Origin: Octopus sinensis
Taxonomy: Eukaryota
Assembly: GCF_006345805.1 (NCBI RefSeq)
Contig: NC_043005.1
Location: 90,830,001-90,894,000 of the forward strand
DNA length: 64,000 nt
Direction of reading: 5' to 3'
Under the pieces are notes generated by a model, which ran no database searches, was not told the origin of the DNA, and saw only the letters and a list, made by a program, of their open reading frames with translations. Of this stretch, positions 13,812 to 25,717 are shown piece after piece. Each line of letters starts with the position of its first letter. The first letter of the stretch is position 1. The translations under genes and the position numbers were made by a program.

Positions 13812-13867
13812 TATTGATGTTTTTCAGTACTTTTCCTTATGAGGAAAAGTACTGAAAAACATCAATA
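13812..13867. repeat. Perfect 26-bp hairpin with 4-nt loop
   Basis: TATTGATGTTTTTCAGTACTTTTCCT-tatg-AGGAAAAGTACTGAAAAACATCAATA; the arms are exact reverse complements. Confidence 0.95.
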
Positions 13868-14206
13868 CATGTCAGAATGACAAAGAAACAGGGTAGGTAC
13901 CAGGTGGTCGTGGGATGTGCTAGAAAGAACATTTGTTTTTTTAAGTGTGGAGTGCAAAAAGACAACTGGACAAAATTGGTCCAGAAGTTGGGGAGGGGAA
14001 AGCCATAAATTTTCAAAAGTTTTTTTCATGAAAAGCTTGTGATGATAAATTGGAAAAATCCTCATCAAAACAGAAAAAAGATCCAACTTATGTGGGTGTG
14101 CTAATTCAAAAGTCTGGCATGATATTCTGTTGTGAAAATTGCTTGACAATGACAGGACACTCGGCTAGTATATACTTGTGTAGATGTGTGTGTGTGTGTG
14201 CGCGCA

Positions 14207-14224
<18 letters not shown>

Positions 14225-14245
<21 letters not shown>

Positions 14246-14480
14246 GGACCAACTCAAAACAACACTGAAAGCCACTGGACTTGAGCCTAAATTGTTTAAA
14301 ACACAAACCTGAGACCATACCAAGTGACAGTGTTCCATCACCATTGGAACCAAACACTTTGAAGCCACCAAAAGAGAAAAGGAAGAAATCAAACGACAGA
14401 AGGGAAAGGCTCGACAAAATCAACCCCATCCTCCATCAACTCTTCTGTGCAAGAATTGGTCAACAGAGTCATTAACAGCA
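14225..14480 (+). mobile_element. RTE (BovB-like) ORF C-terminal fragment
   Basis: DQLKTTLKATGL...GTKHFEATKREKEEIKRQK..K and LFCARIG resemble the RTE C-terminus that precedes the zinc finger. Confidence 0.6.
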
Positions 14481-14689
14481 TCACCATAAAGCAAGCATTC
14501 AGTAAAGAGGAAAATAAATACTTGGACACAAGATAAAGCAGACAATGGTGTGTGTGTGTGTGTGTGTGTGGTGATTGTCAGTTCTTTACAGGTGAAAACG
14601 ATCTCTTCAATTAATAGAGCCATAATGATTTCTTATATGGCTAGCAAGTATGGCTTTGGCCAATCAGACCCTTTTGTGAATGGTACAGA

Positions 14690-15300
14690 CATTTTCAGGC
14701 TGAAAGTGTCTAGGACTCTGTAAGAGCCTTAAGGTTGTTTTTGACAACATCCCTAAAGTATCTCCAAGGTTTACATCTGGGACGTTTACAACATTGCAAC
14801 TGCCCAAGTAACCTATCATCCCCCCATCCCAGTAATGTGCCCATCCTAATGCAGCTAATTATATATGAGGAGCATCTCAATACCAGATAAGTTGGCTTAC
14901 TGAAGAACAACATTGTCTGGTGTCAGAGATTGGTATTGATGTTTAAGATCCTCCTAAGGCAAGCTTGGTGGAATCTTCCCAAGGTTTTGATGTGTCAATG
15001 ATATAAAAGTCCCAGTTTCAGAAGAGAATAAGAGAGTAGCTAAGACACATGATTCATAGATGCTGAACTTGGTTTTTGATGGTGGTGCTTCTCAGACCAG
15101 ACATGGTTTTTGAGCTTGCAGAAGGCATTGCTGGGTTTTTTGATCCTCAGATTTATTTCAGGATCAAGAGATCCATCTCTAGAGAAAGTGCTGCTGATAT
15201 AGACAAAAGAGCCAACCACATCCAGTCTTGAACCCTGACCTGGCAGTGAAGAGAAATTACCTTTATCTTCTTCTGATTGTCCAAAAGCAGTGCATGCTCT
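14690..15300 (-). mobile_element. RTE (BovB-like) fragment after the RT domain
   Basis: LDVVGSFVYISSTFSRDGSLDPEINLRIKKPSNAFCKLKNHVWS (ORF 15040..15537) and KRPRCKPWRYFRDVVKNNLK (ORF 14710..14913). Confidence 0.8.
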
Positions 15301-15663
15301 AGAGAACAGATCCATTATGTGTGTGAGTATGTGTTTGTGTGTGTGTATGCATGTGCACACATATGTGTGTGTGTGTGTACAATCCACTTCTGCACACTGT
15401 TCACTTTTCAAATTCCAACACAAAATAGTTAAAGTCACTTGTACACAATGCCACGAAGTGAGACTGAACTCATGATAGTATGTATTTGAAATGAACCTCT
15501 GGACAATAGTTATGCCTCTACGCCAAGCATACAACAAGGCTGGATTTCACACATGCACACAGACACAGACAGACACACACACACACACACACACATCACT
15601 TCCTTTGCATTATTCATCCACTTTGTCTCGTTTCTCTCTCTCTCGCTTGCTCTCTCTCTCGCT

Positions 15664-15702
<39 letters not shown>

Positions 15703-16329
15703 TCTTTCTCTCTCTTGTCTTCAACTACAACCATCTATTTCAGAACCAATGCATTTCCTCATCACTTTTCCCCCGGTCCTTCAGATTTCTATCTGATGTG
15801 AAGTGGTTATGTAAGTGGCTAGTTTCAAGCCCAAATTTTCTTGAAATCTAACCTCCAAAATACATACATCCGACATAAAAGCAAGTATAAATACTTACAT
15901 ATATGTGTGTATTTATGTTTTCTATTTCTTTTTTTCTTATATTTTTCATTTTTTCATATAATTATTTCAAGTGCTAAAATGATGGTGCCTACAAAAATAA
16001 GATAACTTGCATTCTATGGAAAACATGAAAGTTGAGTAGAAAAAAGATAATATTCTGCAAAACATTTTTTATAACAATCATAATGCTTCTTATATTAGCT
16101 ACAAGTAACAAAAAAATAGACAAAGACAATGAGAAAATAACCAAAAGAAAAACCTAACCAGCAACAACCACTGAAGTTCAAACTGTACTAAATACATAAA
16201 TGTAAAACAAAAAATGCATAAATATTATATGCACCAATTTATATAGGCATATACCATTTGTATATGTATATATGTATACATGAGCATGAATGTGTATGTA
16301 AAGTGTAGACATACATCTATAACCTACAT

Positions 16330-16520
16330 ATACGTATATACCTGCATATATATATATATATATATATATATAGATATATATATATATATGATATATATAT
16401 ATATATATTATATATATGTATGATATATATATATATTCATAGATTTATATATACTATATATATATTTATTTATTTATCTATTAAATATATATATATTTAT
16501 GTATATATATATATCATACC

Positions 16521-16563
<43 letters not shown>

Positions 16564-16566
16564 ATA

Positions 16567-16618
<52 letters not shown>

Positions 16619-16781
16619 ATATATATTCATATATTTATATATATATATATATATATATATTTATTTATTTATCTATTATATATATATATTATTTATGTAT
16701 ATATATATATCATACATACATACATATAACATTATATATATTATGTATATATATATATCATACATACATTAACATATCAAC

Positions 16782-16824
<43 letters not shown>

Positions 16825-16860
16825 ATATATTATATATATATATAAATATATGTATATATA
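16330..16860. repeat. Degenerate (TA)n microsatellite block
   Basis: Direct inspection. Similar blocks lie at ~30450-30720, 35610-36040, 38360-38910, 39130-39350, 43487-43760 (with GATA) and 62415-62860. Confidence 0.95.
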
Positions 16861-17384
16861 TACATGTATGGTGTGTGTGTATACATATGAATGTGTGTGT
16901 GAGTGTGTGTATGTCGATCTATATTTTATTAACTTCATCATTAAAACCAATATTATGGTCTGACGCCAGTATCTAGTTAAAGTCAGCTCCGGTGGGATTT
17001 GAACTCAATGAAGAGTAATAGTGAACACTGTAAATATTGATTACTTTCAGTTGCACATGATTAAATGTATGTTGGATAATTGGAAGCTTCATTGCATTGA
17101 TCCCCAGTATATATCTGGTACTGATTGTATTAATTTTAAATTTCTTAAATTCTTATTTTATTAAACATTCTTGATACCACCCTGCTCAAGATTGCCTCTG
17201 GTCTTAGGATATAGTGTCATCTGTTTTAAAATGTTTATATTTATATGTACTATATTAATTTTATATAAAAACATTTTGTTAAGTTATGTGATAAGTATAT
17301 TAATATTGGAGAAGTTAATCATTTTATGAAATCACCTCCAACTATACGATTATTTTTTATACTTAATTATAATGTAGAAGCACC

Positions 17385-17570
17385 CAGTGCACATTGTAAA
17401 GTGCTGACATTGGGATGAGTATCCAACTCTAGAAACCATGGCAAAACAAACACTGGAGCATGAATGCAGTCCTTTTACTCACTGGATCCTTGTCAAACTG
17501 TCCAACCCATGCAAGCATGAAGACACCAGCATTAAATGATGATGATGATGATGATGATGACGACGACGAT
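17385..17570 (+). mobile_element. Solo RTE 3' UTR fragment with (TGA)n tail
   Basis: TGTCCAACCCATGCAAGCATG...TTAAATGATGATGATG matches the 3' end of the RTE at 49938-51893; another copy lies at ~18070-18245. Confidence 0.65.
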
Positions 17571-17702
17571 AATGAGGTCGAACAGTTGTGGCTATAGGGC
17601 ACAGGATGGCTGAGGGGTAAAAAGTTTCCATCACAAGGCTCTGGGTTCAGTACCATTGGATTGTACCTTTGGCAAATATCTTCTACTATACCTATTTTTT
17701 TA

Positions 17703-17926
17703 CTACCCACAAGGGGCTAAACACAGAGAGGACAAACAAGGACAAACAAAGGATTAAGTCGATTACATTGACCCCAGTGTGTAACTCGTACTTAATTTAT
17801 CGACCCCGAAAGGATGAAAGGCAAAGTTGACCTTGGCAGAATTTGAACTCAGAACGTAGCGGCAGATGAAATATGGCTACACATTTCGCCCGGAGTGCTA
17901 ACGATTCTGCCAGCTCGCCGCCTTAC
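17703..17926 (-). mobile_element. SINE family A, near full length
   Basis: Reverse complement from head AAGGCGGCGAGCTGGCAGAATCGTTAGCAC through the core and tail. Confidence 0.9.
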
Positions 17927-18243
17927 TTCTACTATACCTCTGAACCAACCAAAGCCTTGTGAGTGGATATAGTAGATGGAGACCAAAAGAAACTTGTCAT
18001 ACATGTGTATGTGTGCGTGTGTGTGTGTTACTATTTCCTTGCCTTGACATCGCATGATAGTCGTGACCAAGTGCCACCATGACGCAAGGAGTATCCTTCA
18101 TTACCAAATTCCTATGAAAATATGTCTGACTGAGGGGAAACATTACTTTATTTGGAAATAAGTGAGGCTTGGTGACAGGAAGGGCATCCAACTGTATAAA
18201 ATCCCCTTCAACAAATTCTATGTGACCCATGCAAGCATAGAAA

Positions 18244-18745
<502 letters not shown>

Positions 18746-18819
18746 AATATAATAGTAACATCAGCAAAAAAATACCTTAGGAATGAGAATCCAGAGTTGG
18801 GTTCAAAGTTCTACCAGGA

Positions 18820-18861
18820 CACCTGATTAAGGCTGGAGAGTAAATCAGCTGAAACGTTGTG
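18820..18861 (+). ncRNA. Degenerate minimal hammerhead-like motif in a short repeat
   Basis: cac-CTGATTA-a-ggctg..cagct-GAAAC-GTT-gtg; the core differs from CUGANGA at G8. Confidence 0.45.
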
Positions 18862-19083
18862 GTAACAACAAACAAGATTAGGATACATATCCATCCAATG
18901 TAAATAATCTAGACGATGATGGTGATGCTAATGACGATGACGATGACAAAGATGATGATGACGAAGATGGCAATGACAAAGATGATGATGACGATGCTAG
19001 TGACAATGATGATGATGAGGATCACAATGCTGCTACTGATGCTGCCAATGACAACAATGCCATCACCTTGCATATTTTGTCAG

Positions 19084-19220
19084 AAATATAGTTACAGAAG
19101 GGGTCATAGATTTCTAATGGGATCACAATGCCACAAATTCAGAAGAGGGCAAGGGCTTGTCAATCAATTAAAACAACTTTCATTCTTGCTTGAAAACAAA
19201 CAACCCAGGAAGGATGGAAA
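19084..19220 (+). other. Candidate host exon (137 nt)
   Basis: Acceptor ttgcatattttgtcag, donor GGAAA|gtaagt, and one open frame (KYSYRRG...KDG). No recognisable homology. Confidence 0.22.
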
Positions 19221-19237
19221 GTAAGTAAATAATGCAA

Positions 19238-19406
19238 GGCGCAGGAGTGGCTGTGTGGTAAGTAGCTTGCTTACAAACCACATGGTTCCGGGTTCAGTCC
19301 TACTGTATGGCACCTTGGGCAAGTGTCTTCTATTGTAGCCTCGGGCCAACCAAAGCCTTGTGAGTGGAGTTGGTAGATGGAAACTGAAATAAGCCCGTCG
19401 TATATA

Positions 19407-19440
<34 letters not shown>

Positions 19441-19662
19441 GTATGTGTGTGTGTTTGTGTCTGTGTTTGTCCCCCTAACATTGCTTGACAACTGATGCTG
19501 GTGTGTTTACGTCCCTGTAACTTAGCGGTTCAGCAAAAGAGACCAATAGAATAAGTATTAGGCTTACAAAGAATAAGAACTGGGGTCGATTTGCTCAACT
19601 AAAGGCGGTGCTCCAGCATGGCCACAGTCAAATGACTGAAACAAGTAAAAGAGTAAAAGAGA
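19238..19662 (+). mobile_element. SINE family B, full length
   Basis: Head GGCGCAGGAGTGGCTGTGTGGTAAGTAGCTTGC, B box GGTTCAGTCC, internal (TG)n, tail AAGTAAAAGAGTAAAAGAG. Confidence 0.9.
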
Positions 19663-20631
19663 GAGAGTATTTTGTACAAGGCTCTGCAGGTTCTGACAGT
19701 CACATATGTGTTGTTTAATTAACATTGTAAATATTACTGATTGTGATGGGGGAGACGAAATAAGAGAAGAAGAGGACTAATTTTTTTAGGGACAAAAGCC
19801 TGAGGCTAAAAGCCATAGCAATGACAGCAACAGCAACAACAACAGCAGTATTGACAACAAACTGCACTTTTGGTGTCAACAGTAACATCTAGCATGGAAG
19901 TTAGAGGTAACAGCAACATCAGTAACAACAACAACAAAAACAGCACCAACAACAACATCAAGAGGAGCAACTGCAGCAATATCAGTCATAATATAAGCCT
20001 CCTTAGTAATACCAATGACAACAACAACAGCAAACAATATACAACACAACAGTTGCAACAACAGTATCAACCATCATCATCATTGTCATCATCATCATTG
20101 TTATCAGCAGCAGCAACACCACCACCACCGACAACAACAAACATTAGGAACAATAAGCTATAATGTCATTAGCAGCAGCAACCAGCAGCAACAACAACAA
20201 TAACCGCAACAACAGGAAGATTAGTGGAAAAAAAAATATAGAAAAACAAAAGATATATTAAAACAAAGCAAGAAATGACACACATTTACATGCGCACATG
20301 CAAACACACACACATACACACACACACATACACACACACACACACACACATACATACACTGTCACGCACATGTGCCACCAACTAAAAAATTTCATCAATC
20401 TAACAGCTTACTCTTAATACTACAAATAATATTAAAGTAGTGTCAGCTTGAATAGGCTCTGAATACTCATGGAGTAAAATACTTGATTATGAAGAGGGTT
20501 ACTTTGTTGCGAGATGAATTGTACGTGACTGGAAGAAGAGACCTGGCTATCAAAACCTCTCAGCCACGCTTGCTCTCTCTCTCCCTATCTCTCCTTATCT
20601 CTCTCTACCTCTCACTCATTCACTCACCCAG

Positions 20632-20670
20632 TAGATAATAAAATGGTCAGATACCAGCTTGAAACAACAG
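20632..20670 (+). other. Candidate host exon (39 nt, phase 1-1)
   Basis: Long pyrimidine tract plus cactcacccag acceptor; donor CAG|gtaggt; open frame xDNKMVRYQLETT. Confidence 0.3.
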
Positions 20671-21304
20671 GTAGGTTCATTGAGGAGTACTTCTACTCTC
20701 TTCATTTGTTTTTCCTTCTATATACCACTTCTTTCAGTTTTCTTTCCTCAACAATTATTTTCATTTGTTTCCTTTTTTCTTTCCTATTTTTTTCCCCCAA
20801 TTCTTTCAAAATATTTTTATTACCTTTTTCTTTTTTTTTTAATCTTATTTCAGGCAACTTTTTCACTTCCCATTATCAATACTACTACCATCATTACCAC
20901 CACCAAACACCACCACCACTACCAATACCCCTGCCACCACCATCATCTTCATTGGGCCTTGATCACTTTAATAATCAGAAATCTTTCTGAACGATAGATT
21001 ATCCCTACTAACTAGAGGGGAGGGTATTGAAAGTTGTTTACGTAGCTTATATACAGTTCCTCAAATGGTAGGAATGGTAGGAATCAAACATGAAGCAACA
21101 GACTAGCTCATTGTCTACACCAGGCCCCTCACAACTACCACCATTTGCACTTTTCATAAAACAACAGCTGATTATAAACCACTCACTACAGGTTCAAGTC
21201 CTTTCCTTCACACCTTTTCTTACAACACTAGCATATTAAGAGACTAGCTGAGATCGTACCAAGAACACTCTGTAAATTAGGGGTTCACTCTAAAATTTTA
21301 AGGG

Positions 21305-21912
21305 ATGGGTGTGGCTGTGTGGTAAGGAGCTTGTTTCTTAACCACAAGGCACCATGGACAAATGTCTTCTGCTATAGCCCCAGGCTGACCAAAGCTTTGC
21401 GAGTTAATTTGATAGACAGAAACTGAAAGAAGTGGTGAGCTGGTAGAAACGTTAGTACGCCGGGCGAATGCTTAGCGGTATTTCGTCTGCCACAACGTTC
21501 TGAGTTCAAATTCTGCCGTGGTTGACCTTGCCTCTCATCCTTTCGGGGTTGATAAATTAAGTACCAGTTATGCACTGGGGTCGATGTAATCGACTTTATC
21601 CATTTGTCTGTCCTTGTTTGTCTCCTCTGTGTGTAGCCCCTTGTGGGCGCTAAAGAAACAAGAAACTGAAAGAAGCCTATCGTGTGTGTGTGTGTGTCTT
21701 TGTGTCTGCATTTGTTCCTCCATTACCACTTGACAACTGGCGTTGATGTGTTTATGTTCCCGTAACTTAGCGATTTGGTAAAAAAGACCAATAGAATAAG
21801 TACTAGACTTTAAAAAAAATCAATAAGTCCTGGGGTCAATTTGTTTGACTAAAACCCTTCAAGGTGGTGCTCCAGCATGGCCGCAGTCAAATGACTGAAA
21901 CAAAGTAAAAGA
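21305..21912 (+). mobile_element. SINE family B interrupted by a family A SINE (21433-21660)
   Basis: 15-bp TSD AGAAACTGAAAGAAG at 21418-21432 and 21661-21675. Confidence 0.9.
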
Positions 21913-22724
21913 ATAACAGAATACCATGACACATGCCAAGCCAAACTCATAACACACCAATAATTCTTCCTTATCCACACATCCACACATACACATGCAC
22001 AAATACTGTAAAATAAGCTGTTACACTGTACCCATCATATAAGAAAAGTTATAGGGACTCAAGGATTTGATTCTTTGCACCACTACCTTAATCACTGAAG
22101 CTCATTCATCCACAAACCAGTCAACACCTGCCCACCCTATCAAATGAAAAGCAATATTTATATATATAAATATATACATCTACTTTTCTCCTCCCCTCTC
22201 TCTTCTTCCCTCTCTCTCCCTCTCTCTCCTTCTCTCTCATTTTTCTTCTTTTATTTTTTTGACTCTCAATCACCCTATCTATTTATCTGTTTACCTTTAG
22301 AGAGAACAACAAAGAATACAAATCAGTTTTCGGATGCTCTCTTCAAAAATGGAAAAGGATTGAAAAATCAGAAAATATAAGTAAAATTTAAAAAGAGAGG
22401 AATAAAAAGGAGAAATTGATGCTTTCGTTTCATCATTTATACAAATTAACCAAAGAAACAGATACAACTCTGACCTATGAGTAACAAGTGCCTTGCTGAA
22501 TCAAATGACCACTTAGGAAATTTAAAACAATGACTATTTCATATAAACACTTTCAGTTCAAAGCAAAATAACTCTTTCAAACTTTAAAAAATTTTCAACA
22601 ATAACTATTATTAGTAGTAGTCTCTACAAAAGAAATAATTCTTAAATATACATAATAAACACATACACACACACAAACATAGGCACACAGAAACATACAT
22701 ATACAGAGAGTTAACAATAATATA

Positions 22725-22771
<47 letters not shown>

Positions 22772-22867
22772 ACATACATACATACATACATACATACATA
22801 CATACATGCATAACACTATATAGACACACATATAAAGATATATTATGTTTCTCTCTCAAAACCAAAC

Positions 22868-22951
22868 ATGGAAGTAAAACCTATCATGATATGTTTTGGA
22901 TTAATTTATCTGGGAGTTCTGCTGCCAAAATCCTTGTCAGAAGGAAAACAA
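22868..22951 (+). CDS. Candidate first coding exon of a secreted or membrane protein (signal peptide)
   Basis: caaacATGG start context; MEVKPIMICFGLIYLGVLLPKSLSEGKQ has a charged n-region, hydrophobic core and SLS cleavage-like site; CAA|gtgagt donor at 22952. Downstream exons were not identified. Confidence 0.5.
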
Positions 22952-23199
22952 GTGAGTAATATTTTCATATTAATTTCTTTTAACATTACAATTTGTTGAA
23001 GCATCTCCTTGTGTTGTGTGGTATATTGTGGATCTGCATGATTTAGTGTGGTGCAGAGCTTTGTAGTTTAGTTGTGCTCTCTATGTTAATATCAATGGTC
23101 ATGAATCAAAGAAGGGAATTTTGTTTGTTTCACTATATGAAATGCATAGACCCACACATATATAATATATATATATATATATTATATATATATATATAA

Positions 23200-23240
<41 letters not shown>

Positions 23241-23254
23241 TATGTAATATTTGT

Positions 23255-23545
23255 GGAGGCACAACGATGCTGTGGTTAGGGCAGTGGACTCGCAGTCGGA
23301 GGATCGTGGTTTCGATTCCCAGACTGGGCGCTGTGTGTGTTTATTGAGCGAAAACACCTAAAAGCTCCACGAGCCTCTGGCAGGGGTGGTGGTGACCCCT
23401 GTTGTACTCTTTCTCTCACTCTCTCTTCCTGTTGCTTGAGTAATGCTACGATGGTCTGGCGTCCCATCAAGCTGGGGGGAACACATATGCCACAGAAACT
23501 GGGAAACCGGGCCCATGAGCCTGGCTAGGCTTCAAAAAGGGCGAT
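23255..23545 (+). mobile_element. SINE family C (tRNA head)
   Basis: GGAGGC.CAA.G...GTGGTTAGGGCAG.GGACTCG...GGTTTCGATTCCCAGAC...GAAAACACCTAAAGCTCCACGAG; other copies at 47403 and 58572. Confidence 0.85.
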
Positions 23546-23683
23546 GTTTATTGTTATATATATAATATATACATTAATAGTTATCGCCATACTAATATGG
23601 CATTCTTAAAAATAAGAGACTTAGTAATTTTAATATTTCTATTAATATATACGTAATATATATATATAATATATATATATATA

Positions 23684-23917
23684 CTCTTTACTCTGTTACT
23701 TTTTTACTTATTTCAATCATTTTGACTGTGGCCATGCTGGAGCACTGCCTTTAATCGACCAAATCGCCCCCAGGACTTATTCTTTGTAAGCCTAATACTT
23801 ATTCTATCGGTCTCTTTTGCCGAACCGCTATGTTACGGAGATATAAACACACCAGCATCGGTTGTCAAGCGATGTTGGGAGGGATAAACACAGACACACA
23901 AACATACACACACCACA

Positions 23918-23962
<45 letters not shown>

Positions 23963-25265
23963 CAACGAGCTTCTTTCAGTTTCCGTCTACCAAATCCACC
24001 CTCAAGGCTTTGGTCAGTCTGGGGTTATAGTAGAAGACACTTGCCCAAGGTGCCATGCAGTGGGACTGAACCCTAAACCATGTGGTTTGTAAGCAAGCTA
24101 CTTTATTTCATATAATTTGCCACAAGGGCATTACACAGATGGCAGATTTGCGGGCTGGACATGGACATTAATGGTATGAATGATGGTGATGCAAAAATGA
24201 TGATGATGGGAGAAGACAAAAAGCGCCCGCCGACTTTCGCTTCTCAAAAAGAATGTTCTTTTTTCAAAACACAATGAGGCAATAAACCTCTTATTTAAAC
24301 AACACAATGTTCAGAATTCTTTTTTCTTTTTTAAAACACACAAAAAGTCACATGTTTCACATTTTCTAGACTCGTTCAGGTTATCCGGCCGACCAATAAC
24401 CTTGCTTCATTGAAGCATGCACCCGGTTCCAGGCCAGACCACACAGGTATAAATTTATAGGAGTCCTCCGGGAAGGAATTCATGATCCTGCACAGATCAC
24501 TATCCCATAGGACCTCTGCAGCCACCTGCGAAGGCCACTCAGAATCCTCCGTGCAGGACAGAAGTCCCTCCCATTGGCCCCTCCTTTCCATTTTCTTTAC
24601 TTCGTTTTCTATGGTTCCTCCTTTGTGGAAGAGGACCACATATTCATCCTCCAGCGGCACACCTGCCTGAGGAGGATTGGGAAATGCCGTCCACGTGTCA
24701 CCATCCGCCGGCAACGTCCCATTTTTCTTCTTTCTTTTTTTCTTTTTTCCCTGGGCCGTGAGAGGGTGAGTTTCCTGTGACGCACGCAACAGGTCCTCCT
24801 TTTCTCCCGCAGCCCTCGGGTCCTCCGGTGGGCAACAGCCCACCTTTCGTTTTCATTTTTTCGAGGATGTATAAACCTCCTCATCATCCTTCTCCTTCTC
24901 TCCCTCCATTGAGGGAGCAGGGAGAGATTCCACTATTAACTGCTCCAGGATCCTATTTTGGTCCTTGGGGCAGTTTTTCTTAATGTGGCCGGTCTCCAGG
25001 CACAGGTGACACTTGGGTGGATGTCCCTTGAGCATCACCAGATACCTAGACCCGGCCATCCTCAAAAAATCTGGAAAAACCAGACTTTCGGCTAATTGGG
25101 TCCATAGGGTCAAAACAGCTTTTGACCCCTCCCAATCAGCCGCAGGCACCACTTTCACATTAAGCAGCTTGGTACTGCTACCACCCAGACCCCGGCGGAT
25201 AGAGTCCTCTATCCACTCGGGCTCAACTCCAGGTGGAAAACTTACCACACAGCCACTCCTATGCC
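23684..25265 (-). mobile_element. SINE family B split by a 1136-bp insert
   Basis: Head GGCATAGGAGTGGCTGTGTGGTAAGT at 25265-25240; body resumes AAGTAGCTTGCTTAC at 24103; ACTT duplicated at 24100-24103 and 25240-25243. Confidence 0.9.
24104..25239 (-). mobile_element. Retroelement insert encoding only a Tx1/L1-type ORF1 (gag-like CCHC) remnant plus 3' UTR
   Basis: FPDFLRMAGSRYLVMLKGHPPK-CHLCLETGHIKKNC (CX2CX4HX4C at 25011-24970); frameshifted continuation to the stop at 24376; no APE or RT motifs. Confidence 0.7.
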
Positions 25266-25288
25266 TATATATATATATAATATATATA

Positions 25289-25331
<43 letters not shown>

Positions 25332-25417
25332 ATATAATATAATATAATAAATAATATATATAACTGAACAAAATTTTGTCAACAAAAAGGAGTACAGTTA
25401 GACAGATATTTAATAAA

Positions 25418-25519
25418 CACTACACATGTTTCAATACAACATAGATCCACATATACACAGGATTTAAATTAAGCAACGGTTTACCTATATAATGAGATCA
25501 AGTTGTATCTCCTCAGGTG
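25418..25519 (-). ncRNA. Type I hammerhead ribozyme motif
   Basis: cac-CTGAGGA-gatacaac...gttgtatt-GAAAC-atgt-GTA-gtg; core intact, 8-bp stem II, GUA site, stem I only 3 bp. Confidence 0.65.
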
Positions 25520-25615
25520 ATATACAATTACTGTTCTGTTAGTAAACCTTTGACTTCAATGCTAACACATCACAGAAAACAAAAAATGAAGATAGATGAA
25601 GGAACAACTGTACAT

Positions 25616-25717
25616 CACCTGAGGAAACACAACTGGATCTCATTATGCAGGTAAGTCATTGCTTAATTTAAATTCTATGTCTATGTAGATCTATGTTGTA
25701 TCGAAACATGTGTAGTG
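25616..25717 (+). ncRNA. Type I hammerhead ribozyme motif (stem II mismatched)
   Basis: cac-CTGAGGA-aacacaac...gttgtatc-GAAAC-atgt-GTA-gtg. Confidence 0.55.

Noticed and set aside
14225-15300. Twin-priming inversion of a single RTE
   Set aside because: The opposite-strand fragments both cover the same KxxLK region with different sequences, so they come from different elements.
15954-15988. Minus-strand exon resembling the end of an iGluR M4 helix (GTIILALEII)
   Set aside because: Careful re-reading gives a stop (ATA TGA) after 11 codons and the other frames are closed; the resemblance is too short.
16420-16845. Long IY-, CV-, HT- or poly-S ORFs (also 30398, 35576, 38314-39442, 47451, 58985 and others)
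   Set aside because: Translations of stop-free microsatellites; no coding signal.
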